Below, piece by piece: positions 20,676 to 28,791 of a stretch of 57,131 bases of DNA. Position 1 is the first letter of the stretch, and every line of letters begins with the position of its first letter. Source of the stretch: Fibrobacterales bacterium (lineage in GTDB: Bacteria > Fibrobacterota > Fibrobacteria > Fibrobacterales > JAOPTW01); assembly GCA_051532055.1 (NCBI GenBank), contig JAOPTX010000013.1, positions 1 through 57,131 on the forward strand, read 5' to 3'. The notes under the pieces were generated by a model. That model worked only from the letters and a program-made list of their open reading frames with translations. It searched no databases and was not told the origin of the DNA. The position numbers and the translations under genes are program-made.

Positions 20676-22304
20676 TCACTCACCATACCCATATACTTGT
20701 TCATGTCGCTGAAAGAGTACATCAAAGTACCGATCGGCAGAGTCAGGTACCTCCATACTATATTCATGGGCAATTTGGATGGAATCCCAATTTTCATGAG
20801 CATCGGGAAAAAAGTACACAGAGTCTTTTATGACTAGTTTCTTAGGTCGTATATCTGAGTAAAAGGAGAAGCGCCCTAAACTATCTGTAGTTGCTTCTAG
20901 GGTGGTTGAATCGTCAGAAAGGCCAATAAGAGTAATGCCAGCTTCGTACTCCCAACCTTTGTAAACGAGACAGGTATGCCAATCGTTCTTCTCAATGACA
21001 CAGTCACGAGTGAAGCTCATAACCACTCCAGTTAAGCTACACTCCTCACATATTGAATCAGTCACATGAGCTTCCATATAAAAATTACTCTTCTCTGGAA
21101 AGAGCAGGGAATAAAACCCTTCAGCACTGAGATAAACAGAGCTGTTTGGGTCCTCTATTTCTGTAACAATTACAGTACTTCCAATAATACGTTCTGTTAG
21201 CTCTTCAGTATAGCTGCTATCATTATTCGCTAAAACGGTATACCGCACGGTATCTGCTCCCGGTATATCGTTACCAGTATAAATACAATCAGTACCATGT
21301 GTAACATACTCACAGGTCGTATCTAATTTGGATTCATAAGCTACTCTACAACTGGCCTCATTGAAATTTTCAGGATCGCAACCAATGTTCCAAGAAATTT
21401 CGTTGGGAAGAGAATCGCACTGAGCCCTATACAATTTCCTAACAAATGAAGAATTTGGTTCTTCGAGCTTACAGTAAGATCTCCGAGAAAGGGTATCAAG
21501 GCTCGTTTTATTGCAGATATAGTCGGTATAAGCCTGAGTCAACAATGCTGTATCATCAATATCATGACACGAAGAGCACTGGAGGGTATCTAACGAAGCT
21601 CTATCTTTGAACGCACAGTCATACTCCCGCTCAATCTGATGTTGAGTAGCCCAATCACAGGCATACAAAACTAGAGTGCTGTCGGGTACTATCCCACTAC
21701 ATTCAGTTACTGGGCACTTAAGATTACTTTCATACTCCTTCTCATCATAAAAGGTGCATTCATACTTACGTTCAAATTCGGGTATGCTGAGCCCGGCACA
21801 ATACTCTTCATCAAAATGGTCATCAAACCTACCACAATAATCATCCCCATCTCTATTCCAATCTTCCTCCCAATCTTCCTCAAAGTCATATAAATATTTG
21901 CATTCACAATCCTCTACATACCCTGGGCAATCATCATCCGTCATACCGTTTTCACAAGTATCGTCGTCATCACTATTCTTTAAAATATCACTACAGTTAC
22001 TCCAATCGTTGATATGGCATTTCTCATCAATATCACCTGCATCATCATAGTAGTCACAATGATAAGTATCTATAAACGTTTCATAATATTTGGTATACCA
22101 TTTAGTTTGTTCAAGGGAACAACTCAAGGTATCGGTTATCTCAGCCAAGTCATCAAAATCCCGACATATCAGTGTATAGGTTAATTCGCGAGATACTTCT
22201 GTAGAGTAGACTCCCTCGCAGGACCGAGATTTTTTATTGTCATCATCAAAGATACACCCCAATGTAATGACACTACAGAATGCTAAAAGGTAAAACGCTT
22301 TCAT
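20676..22304 (-). CDS. Acidic Cys-rich lipoprotein (32 Cys) with regularly spaced Cys repeats
   Basis: Lipobox TLGC; very Asp/Glu-rich; C-terminal ATTDSLGRFSF resembles carboxypeptidase-regulatory-like beta sandwiches. Confidence 0.75.
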   Translation of the reverse strand: MKAFYLLAFCSVITLGCIFDDDNKKSRSCEGVYSTEVSRELTYTLICRDFDDLAEITDTLSCSLEQTKWYTKYYETFIDTYHCDYYDDAGDIDEKCHINDWSNCSDILKNSDDDDTCENGMTDDDCPGYVEDCECKYLYDFEEDWEEDWNRDGDDYCGRFDDHFDEEYCAGLSIPEFERKYECTFYDEKEYESNLKCPVTECSGIVPDSTLVLYACDWATQHQIEREYDCAFKDRASLDTLQCSSCHDIDDTALLTQAYTDYICNKTSLDTLSRRSYCKLEEPNSSFVRKLYRAQCDSLPNEISWNIGCDPENFNEASCRVAYESKLDTTCEYVTHGTDCIYTGNDIPGADTVRYTVLANNDSSYTEELTERIIGSTVIVTEIEDPNSSVYLSAEGFYSLLFPEKSNFYMEAHVTDSICEECSLTGVVMSFTRDCVIEKNDWHTCLVYKGWEYEAGITLIGLSDDSTTLEATTDSLGRFSFYSDIRPKKLVIKDSVYFFPDAHENWDSIQIAHEYSMEVPDSADRYFDVLFQRHEQVYGYGE

Positions 22305-22342
22305 ATGAATGCCATTGATACGTGTGTCTGTTATTAATGTAA

Positions 22343-22474
22343 CTATTCACGTACTATTAATTGAGGCAAATAACTTACTATAGGTAAGGGAATGGCTGCA
22401 TCAGTATCGTTCTCCATAATACCTGGACATACGATTCCACACATTATTAATAATAAGGTACATAGCTTTTTCAT
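22343..22474 (-). CDS. Small ORF (43 aa) with signal-peptide-like start, possibly a gene remnant
   Basis: MKKLCTLLLIMCGIVCPGIMENDTDAAIPLPIVSYLPQLIVRE*; AAGAGA upstream; below the ORF-track cutoff. Confidence 0.35.
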   Translation of the reverse strand: MKKLCTLLLIMCGIVCPGIMENDTDAAIPLPIVSYLPQLIVRE

Positions 22475-22528
22475 AATTCTCTTATTTTTTCCTTACGTGC
22501 AATATACTAACACTTATAGTCCTAACCC

Positions 22529-22702
22529 TTATCGCACAAACCGTACATAATTATACACATACTGCACATCACCCTGGGCTTCACCAAAGGCAATATAAAC
22601 GCCACCTATTGTTCCTGATTCTACATGAGAAGTACTCGTCCAAAAATACGGATACTGTCCTGGATTCCCTTCAGGGTCATTGTGGAGGCTGGTAACCGCC
22701 AG
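22529..22702 (-). pseudogene. Collapsed remnant of a DUF1566 (Lcl C-terminal) domain gene
   Basis: Start-less frame LAVTSLHNDPEGNPGQYPYFWTSTSHVESGTIGGVYIAFGEAQGDVQYVYNYVRFVR*. YFWTST and YNYVRxVR are DUF1566 hallmarks. Confidence 0.72.
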
Positions 22703-22710
22703 TCACAAAA

Positions 22711-22767
22711 CCGTACAAAGTACGAGAAATTCGTGCGAAGCACGCAATGAATAACCGTGCAAAGCAC
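22711..22767. repeat. Three tandem mini-hairpins CGT(A/G)C-(A/G)AA-G(T/C)AC
   Basis: cgtacaaagtacg, cgtgcgaagcacg and cgtgcaaagcac, spaced 20-24 nt apart. Confidence 0.6.
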
Positions 22768-22789
22768 AAAAATCAACCACCAAAACCCC

Positions 22790-22893
22790 CTTTTCAAATT
22801 ATATTAGGACAGTTCAAGGCATTTGACACTGAAGCGTACGGATAGTACGTGAGGGAACAAATAACGCCGAAATGTTCAATATAATTGGAAAAG
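22790..22893. mobile_element. 104-bp palindromic element (ERIC/Correia/RPE-like MITE)
   Basis: 16-bp terminal inverted repeats (15/16 match); central cgtac-ggata-gtacg hairpin; CAAGGC...AACGCCG internal motifs. Confidence 0.65.
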
Positions 22894-24009
22894 ATGAAGA
22901 TAACACTTATTGAACCGTTTTACTCCGGTTCGCACAAGACCTGGGCCGACCAATTCAAAGAGCACAGCTCCCACGACATAGAGCTTATCACCCTAGAAGG
23001 AAAGTTCTGGAAATGGCGCATGTATGGCGCAAGTGTAACTCTTGCTCAACGGGTTGCCGAGCTCAAAGAACTTCCCGATCTTATTCTGACTACCGACATG
23101 CTGGATGTTGCTGCATTTGCTGCCATTTTGCGACACACACTCCCCTCTACCATACCTATTGTCACCTATTTCCATGAAAACCAACTGGCTTACCCTTGGC
23201 AACCTAATTCTGCCGATAAACAGGAAGGCCGTGATGTTCATTTTGGCATGATGAACTATACTACTATGCTTGCATCTGACGCTGTGCTTTTTAACAGCGA
23301 ATACAACCGGACCTCTTTTTTTGATGAGCTTGAGAAACTGCTGAACAAAATGCCTGACCACAAACACACTGATACATTGCAGAAACAATTAACTAAGACA
23401 TCCATTCTTCCATTGGGCATATCCTTTCAGACACCTCCAAATGATGCTGTGATTCCTAATTATTCAAAAGACAATGGGCCCATTATACTCTGGAATCATC
23501 GACTTGATCATGATAAAAACCCAAAAGATTTCTTTAATGCCCTGGTTGCACTCAAAAAGTCAGCAATTCCTTTTCAACTCGTGTTCCTCGGAGAACAGAC
23601 CAATACACAAAAAAAGAAGTATGGATCATATCTTGATGAACTCAAGTCCCACACATTGTTTTCGGGGTACGCCACCAGAAATGAGTATAACGCTTTTATG
23701 CATAGTGCCCACATACTACCAGTAACCTCTGTACATGATTTTTTTGGCATCAGTATTGCCGAGGCAGTGCATGCAGGCGTTCGTCCATTACTCCCCAAGC
23801 GTCTCTCATATATTGAACTCTATAAGCCCGATGAAAATCCAGACCTTTTTTATGATAATTACGATGACCTTATTATAAAACTAACTGATCTCTGCTCTGC
23901 ATTCAATAATGATACATGGGTAAAGAGAGACTATAGCAAACTAGTTGCGTCTTATGCCTGGAACCGGATGATTACAGTGTATGATGAACTCCTTTGTCAG
24001 ATGGTATAG
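22894..24009 (+). CDS. DUF3524 + GT4 glycosyltransferase (GTDC1/QTMAN-like)
   Basis: EPFYSGSHKTW, WKWRM, YFHENQLAYP, FNSEYN, WNHRLDHDKNP, HDFFGISIAEAV and PKRLSY. Confidence 0.88.
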   Translation: MKITLIEPFYSGSHKTWADQFKEHSSHDIELITLEGKFWKWRMYGASVTLAQRVAELKELPDLILTTDMLDVAAFAAILRHTLPSTIPIVTYFHENQLAYPWQPNSADKQEGRDVHFGMMNYTTMLASDAVLFNSEYNRTSFFDELEKLLNKMPDHKHTDTLQKQLTKTSILPLGISFQTPPNDAVIPNYSKDNGPIILWNHRLDHDKNPKDFFNALVALKKSAIPFQLVFLGEQTNTQKKKYGSYLDELKSHTLFSGYATRNEYNAFMHSAHILPVTSVHDFFGISIAEAVHAGVRPLLPKRLSYIELYKPDENPDLFYDNYDDLIIKLTDLCSAFNNDTWVKRDYSKLVASYAWNRMITVYDELLCQMV

Positions 24010-24124
24010 GAGTCTTTTGCAATGGAGTTAGTTACCCTACGATCTTCATGTTCGTTTTAAAAGTGCGCTTTTTTATTATGTGGAACCTCGCATCATCCCT
24101 CCTTGACTTAATTTCAAAAAAACG

Positions 24125-24158
24125 AAAAGAGGTTATCTATGATTAATAGACAACCTCT
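24125..24158. terminator. Terminator hairpin between convergent genes
   Basis: agaggttatctat-N5-atagacaacctct with an A-run on the left. Confidence 0.65.
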
Positions 24159-24233
24159 GAGTAGTGCTTTATAATTTGGATCGATTAGTCGCAATTTTAA
24201 GCGACAAATCTTCTACAGTACATTCTACGAATA

Positions 24234-26789
24234 TTAGTTTATTTGATTAAAAATGAATTTTTGGGCACCTGTTCTATTACAATTATATACCTGAATATTT
24301 GCATGTGATTGTACTGAAGCACCTGCTACATCAAGGCATTTGCGATTACTGAGTGATTGGAGAGAATACACCCCAGCATTGAGTTCAGTAAGTTCCCACT
24401 TCTGCGATATTCCAGGTGTTGAAACACCCCATTGCTGAACATTTGAACTGTGGCCACCCCAGGCCACGTCAAGATGTTTACCTGAATTTTGATTTATAAT
24501 CTCATATACAGATCCACTAACATTTCTTACACTCCATTTTTGAGCACCAGTATTATTACATTCATACTGCTGGACATTTGCTCCATCAAAGAGTGAAGCT
24601 CCATTAACATCAAGACATTTATAGCTGTTTTTATTTCTGATTTCAAAATTACCATCAAGGGCTACAGTGCTTAAAGCATCATTTAATTCCCATACTTGTT
24701 CAATAGTTTGACTACACAACGCAGTTTCAATATTTGCGCCAGAGAAGGAGTTGTCTGAAGTTAAACATTCTGATTCATCAAGCTTCGATTTAATTATGAA
24801 CTTACCAAGCTCAACCTCTTCAATTTTCCATCTACGTTGTGGGTCACCAATAACAGATCCCCATTGTTCAATATTATCTGAGCTACCACTATTTTGAACA
24901 TTCATATGAAAGTTAGAATTTGCATTCACTATTGAGAAGTAACCAGGATCATCAGCAATAGGTTCAATATCCCACCGTTGTGTTTTTGTTTTATTACAAT
25001 GGTATTGTTCTATATTTGCACCTGCGCTTTTACTCGCAGCACCTGCTTCAATACATTTGCCGCTCTCTGAATTTTTAATTTCATATTTACCTGCCGAAAC
25101 AGTAACAGGTTGAGGTGTATCGAACAAACGTACTAAAGGATCACCTACTATAACTTCAGGATAAAAATAAGTCATATCTTTCTCTTGAAAGTCTGGATCT
25201 GTATCTATTCTTTGGTTTGCCCAATCTAAAAATGCGAGACCAACTACTTTATTTTCAGCAAAAGCATCGTATAAAAATACTTCCCGTTGATCACCACCCG
25301 ATGTTTTAGTTGCCCCTATAAGTGCAAGTGAATTACCCCTACCATTATCAGCATACAAATGTGCTCCACCAATATATGAATCTCGGTCACCACCAATGCC
25401 ATTAACCGCTTCAAAAGATCGGGTTGGAGAACATGATTGCAATTGGATAAATAATGGATTAACCGTTTGATCAATCAGGTCATCGCCATTAATGTTGCCT
25501 CTAATTCCGATACCATTTTCATTACCATGACCATTATATATAGCAGTTAGAACATCGCTGTGAGCAAGATCTGCAAGCCAGTTTACATCAGTAGCTGCCA
25601 TCCCTGGAGCTGCTGTAGCATCATCTACTTTTAAATCGAATAACGCAGGATCTCCATACACTGCAGTCATGTACCCAACGTTCGATACAGCATTTGCATC
25701 CGCAACCGTAGAACCAGAACCCAAATGTACAACACCGCGGGTACCCAATTGCATTTGCCCAGAATAGTACCTATGATTTTTATCAAGATATTGTTCCATC
25801 AAGGCATATTCCTCTCCATATTTTGTACTCGTATGTGTTTCAATTCTACCCACAAATATATTTGGCTTCATGATTGATGCATCAATAGTACCTTCAGAAT
25901 TCCCAACGAAATCGAAAAGACCATTATTGTCAAATTGTAGTCCTCCACCCTCTAACCACTTATTGTCATAATAGTCAACGGTTAAATCAGCATAGGCACT
26001 TGCTGGTATTACTTCAATTACTCCATCAGGCCTTTCCCATTCGAGCGTTATACTTGCGCCACCCCAATTTTCATAATAATCCACCTGTAAATCTACAGAC
26101 ACCCCACTGGTAAATTCTATATCATGGGTATAAGTATTACCCCAGCTTCCGTTCCACTCATTAATGACCCGATTATTATTAATATAAACACGAACGCCAT
26201 TATCAGAGGTAACCCTTAAGGTATATTCCCCTGTTTGACTCGGGGTCAATTGCCCTCTCCACTGCCCTGAAAAATAATCAACAGGAACCGAAGGATCTGG
26301 TGAACCTGCTCCCCAATCTTCATTTATTTCAGTTGGAGTATCAGAAAAAAGTAGATTGCGTGATATGCCGCGATCAAACCACGTTGCATCAAAATTCATA
26401 TAGTAGAAATCGGAATGATAGATATCTCTCGGAGTATGCCCTTCGATAAATGATTCCATTCCTGCCTTTGCAAGGTTACCAACAAACACCACTCCGTTCA
26501 GGTCAGTACGATGACTCATAATAAAGCTTTTAAGCTCTTGCGGTGTGTTTATAGGGCTCGTATAAAGCAACACTTCAGGACCGTAAAAATTGTTAATATC
26601 TTGAGCATATCGATCTATGCGAGACTGAAGTGCAGGTTGCGCATACATATCCTCATTAGCAAGTACGATTACTTTGTCGAGCCCTCCTTGAGGGCTCACT
26701 CCAGCCGTGTAGGTATCTATTAGGTTTATCTGACTCCACGCTGTCGAAACAGACAGGGCCAGTAATGCTTTAAAGATTAATTGTTTCAT
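24234..26789 (-). CDS. Secreted peptidase C25 (gingipain-like) with inserted PA14 domain and two ricin-B lectin domains
   Basis: Signal peptide; GVVFVG, SDFYYMNFDATW, PNIFVGRI, NGHG...QSC (His/Cys dyad), GDPLVR; PA14 motifs INEDWG and TSDNGVRVYIN; QxW ricin repeats. Confidence 0.8.
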   Translation of the reverse strand: MKQLIFKALLALSVSTAWSQINLIDTYTAGVSPQGGLDKVIVLANEDMYAQPALQSRIDRYAQDINNFYGPEVLLYTSPINTPQELKSFIMSHRTDLNGVVFVGNLAKAGMESFIEGHTPRDIYHSDFYYMNFDATWFDRGISRNLLFSDTPTEINEDWGAGSPDPSVPVDYFSGQWRGQLTPSQTGEYTLRVTSDNGVRVYINNNRVINEWNGSWGNTYTHDIEFTSGVSVDLQVDYYENWGGASITLEWERPDGVIEVIPASAYADLTVDYYDNKWLEGGGLQFDNNGLFDFVGNSEGTIDASIMKPNIFVGRIETHTSTKYGEEYALMEQYLDKNHRYYSGQMQLGTRGVVHLGSGSTVADANAVSNVGYMTAVYGDPALFDLKVDDATAAPGMAATDVNWLADLAHSDVLTAIYNGHGNENGIGIRGNINGDDLIDQTVNPLFIQLQSCSPTRSFEAVNGIGGDRDSYIGGAHLYADNGRGNSLALIGATKTSGGDQREVFLYDAFAENKVVGLAFLDWANQRIDTDPDFQEKDMTYFYPEVIVGDPLVRLFDTPQPVTVSAGKYEIKNSESGKCIEAGAASKSAGANIEQYHCNKTKTQRWDIEPIADDPGYFSIVNANSNFHMNVQNSGSSDNIEQWGSVIGDPQRRWKIEEVELGKFIIKSKLDESECLTSDNSFSGANIETALCSQTIEQVWELNDALSTVALDGNFEIRNKNSYKCLDVNGASLFDGANVQQYECNNTGAQKWSVRNVSGSVYEIINQNSGKHLDVAWGGHSSNVQQWGVSTPGISQKWELTELNAGVYSLQSLSNRKCLDVAGASVQSHANIQVYNCNRTGAQKFIFNQIN

Positions 26790-26879
26790 AATTACCTCAT
26801 TTTTTAGTTGTTAATAAGTATTCATAACTTTAAAAAATGAAAAAAATACCAAACCTGAAATATCTGAAACTGATTGAAA

Positions 26880-26904
26880 TAATGTATTCATGGTGAATAC
26901 ATTA
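26880..26904. other. Perfect 11-bp inverted repeat (terminator, processing hairpin or operator)
   Basis: taatgtattca-tgg-tgaatacatta between the beta-barrel gene and the peptidase gene. Confidence 0.5.
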
Positions 26905-26920
26905 TGTATGAATGAAATAA

Positions 26921-27553
26921 TTAAAAACCAAATCCAATGCCAATATTAATGTCATAGTCTGGTAATCCTACCCAGACAGGCTTGCTATCAAAACCTGTAT
27001 CTCCGAAATAATAGAGTACTCCAAAGTCTGCATAGGCATTTATGAATGAATAACTATAGGCAAAACCACCAGCCAAATGAATTATCCAATCATCATACTT
27101 AAATTGGTATACATTATTTTGACCGTCCGAATGAAATGAGAGTTCTTTTTTTGTATATCCAAATTGTCCTTGTATATAAGGGCCAACAGGTTTGTTGAAG
27201 AAGAAATACCTTCTAAATCCTACTTTGATTTCAACCATCTCATTTTTTGTCACTATGTTGTCTGGACCATTGGTAAAACCATTGGGCCTCACATACGCCC
27301 CCGACTCTATCCCGGGTTGAAATACAAAAGATAGCTTTGATAAAATTGCTAATTCAAAGGTTCCATAGAGTGTCGTCGGACTGTAATACAAAAAATATGA
27401 GATTGGATGTAAATATATTCTAACGGTACTTACGTCATGCTCGACAACCTTTTCTTTACTGAATTCGTTTGATAATCTTTTGAATATATTACCGAAAGAA
27501 ATACTGTGAGAAATAAGAATTACTGATATGACAAGGGTAAGTATGTTTTTCAT
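26921..27553 (-). CDS. Small outer-membrane beta-barrel protein (DUF3575-like)
   Basis: Signal peptide; alternating hydrophobic strands; GFRRYFF...GPYIQGQ; C-terminal INIGIGFGF BAM signal. Confidence 0.7.
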   Translation of the reverse strand: MKNILTLVISVILISHSISFGNIFKRLSNEFSKEKVVEHDVSTVRIYLHPISYFLYYSPTTLYGTFELAILSKLSFVFQPGIESGAYVRPNGFTNGPDNIVTKNEMVEIKVGFRRYFFFNKPVGPYIQGQFGYTKKELSFHSDGQNNVYQFKYDDWIIHLAGGFAYSYSFINAYADFGVLYYFGDTGFDSKPVWVGLPDYDINIGIGFGF

Positions 27554-27735
27554 AGCAACTAAATGTTAAGGCATTATAATTAGACGTGTGAGCATTTGCT
27601 GAGCGTACCCTTTTCCTGAGCGCCAAGTAAGGATAAAGAGCACTCTTTCCAACACTATGGTAAATCCGAACATAGAGCAGATAAGAAGGGGGTATGCTAC
27701 AAGACCTAATGTGTGTAGAGATATATCCATAAGAG

Positions 27736-28428
27736 TTAACCTTTGTTATTGGGGTGTAAAATAAAATGAACAGGAACCTCTATCCATACTCCGACTTGGT
27801 TATCTGTTTTAGTACCGGGAATAAATTCCCACTCAAAAACTGCTTTATGTGCCGCTTCATCTAATAGAGCATAGCCAGAAGAGGTTGCTATTTTACTCTG
27901 TATAACTTCTCCTCGATTATCAATGTGTACGTGCATGAGAACGGTCCCCTCCTGTTTTCGCTTTCGTGCCCTTCTGGGATAATGAGCCGGTGTTGGTGGG
28001 TTTTTGAATAACGGTTTCTGCCACTGAGTTTTCTTTTTCACTGGTTGAGTAGGTTGAGACAATTCGGTTACTTCTATGTCGGGGATTGCCTGAGTAGGCT
28101 CCTGAGGATTAGCGCATTCAATTTCATCTGAAGCCACATCAGGCTCAAATTCTGCTTCTGGTTGGGCAGTTTTTTCAGGTTCCAGCTTCTCGGGCTTGGT
28201 TACTTTTGAAGGTAGCAATAGCTCTGGTTGCCGAATCGCCTGTTTTGGTTGCAGAAAGGCAACGGGTGTTGATTCAGCTACTGTAACGAGACTTATCTCT
28301 ACGGTGAGCGTGGTTGGTACATCACTAATAATCGCGGAACTGGCTGATCCTTGGGGTAAAGCTAAAAAAAGACAATGGGCTATACCGACAGTTGTTGCAG
28401 ATAAAATTGTAGGCCAGTGAGTAATCAT
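27736..28428 (-). CDS. tonB: Energy transducer TonB
   Basis: N-terminal TM with His (IAHC); Pro/Glu-rich linker; YPRRARKRKQEGTV...SSGYALLDEAA...WEFIPG...VPVHF. Confidence 0.9.
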   Translation of the reverse strand: MITHWPTILSATTVGIAHCLFLALPQGSASSAIISDVPTTLTVEISLVTVAESTPVAFLQPKQAIRQPELLLPSKVTKPEKLEPEKTAQPEAEFEPDVASDEIECANPQEPTQAIPDIEVTELSQPTQPVKKKTQWQKPLFKNPPTPAHYPRRARKRKQEGTVLMHVHIDNRGEVIQSKIATSSGYALLDEAAHKAVFEWEFIPGTKTDNQVGVWIEVPVHFILHPNNKG

Positions 28429-28485
28429 TAGTAGTGCCTTATTTGATTAAATTAACACCAATAAAGAGCATTTACGTCCTTATGT

Positions 28486-28528
28486 TGAGACTAAGTCTCA
28501 GTTTAAGTAATGTTATTCCCTTTGTCAA
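28486..28528 (-). promoter_or_regulatory. tonB sigma70 promoter with overlapping Fur-box-like 7-1-7 palindrome
   Basis: Minus strand TTGACA-17-TAAACT (28528-28500); TGAGACT-A-AGTCTCA at 28486-28500. Confidence 0.65.
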
Positions 28529-28791
28529 TACTTTTTAAGCTCCCGAAGCGAGGACAACTAAATTAAGCACCCTCAACTGCACTCTTTCAAGCTCTGAAAC
28601 TGCCTAGCCTTGCCAAGGAACGCATATTGTACTTAGACTTAGGGAGAGCTTGGACTGAACGAACGAAGGACTCTGTTCATTCTCGCAATTGGATAGTGCA
28701 CCATGTGAATTTTGGTAGGATGAACATTCAAAAATGACCTTTCCCAAGGAAATATGGTATAATTGGTTAGACCACTTTTCTTCGTGATGGT

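Noticed and set aside
22600..22745. Resemblance of the minus strand (GGACAGTATCCGTATTT) to the IS621/IS110 bridge RNA donor loop, and of GTGACTGGCG to the ZTP riboswitch
   Set aside because: No IS110 recombinase is adjacent, guide/core complementarity does not work, and the ZTP 3' motif is missing. The same bases translate cleanly as a DUF1566 fragment.
22711..22767. Mini CRISPR array
   Set aside because: The repeats are only about 13 nt with 7-11 nt spacers, and there are no cas genes.
12818..24009. A tRNA-modification cluster (TRM11-like methyltransferase + GTDC1-like enzyme)
   Set aside because: The genes are about 9 kb apart, on opposite strands and separated by unrelated genes, so there is no evidence of linkage.
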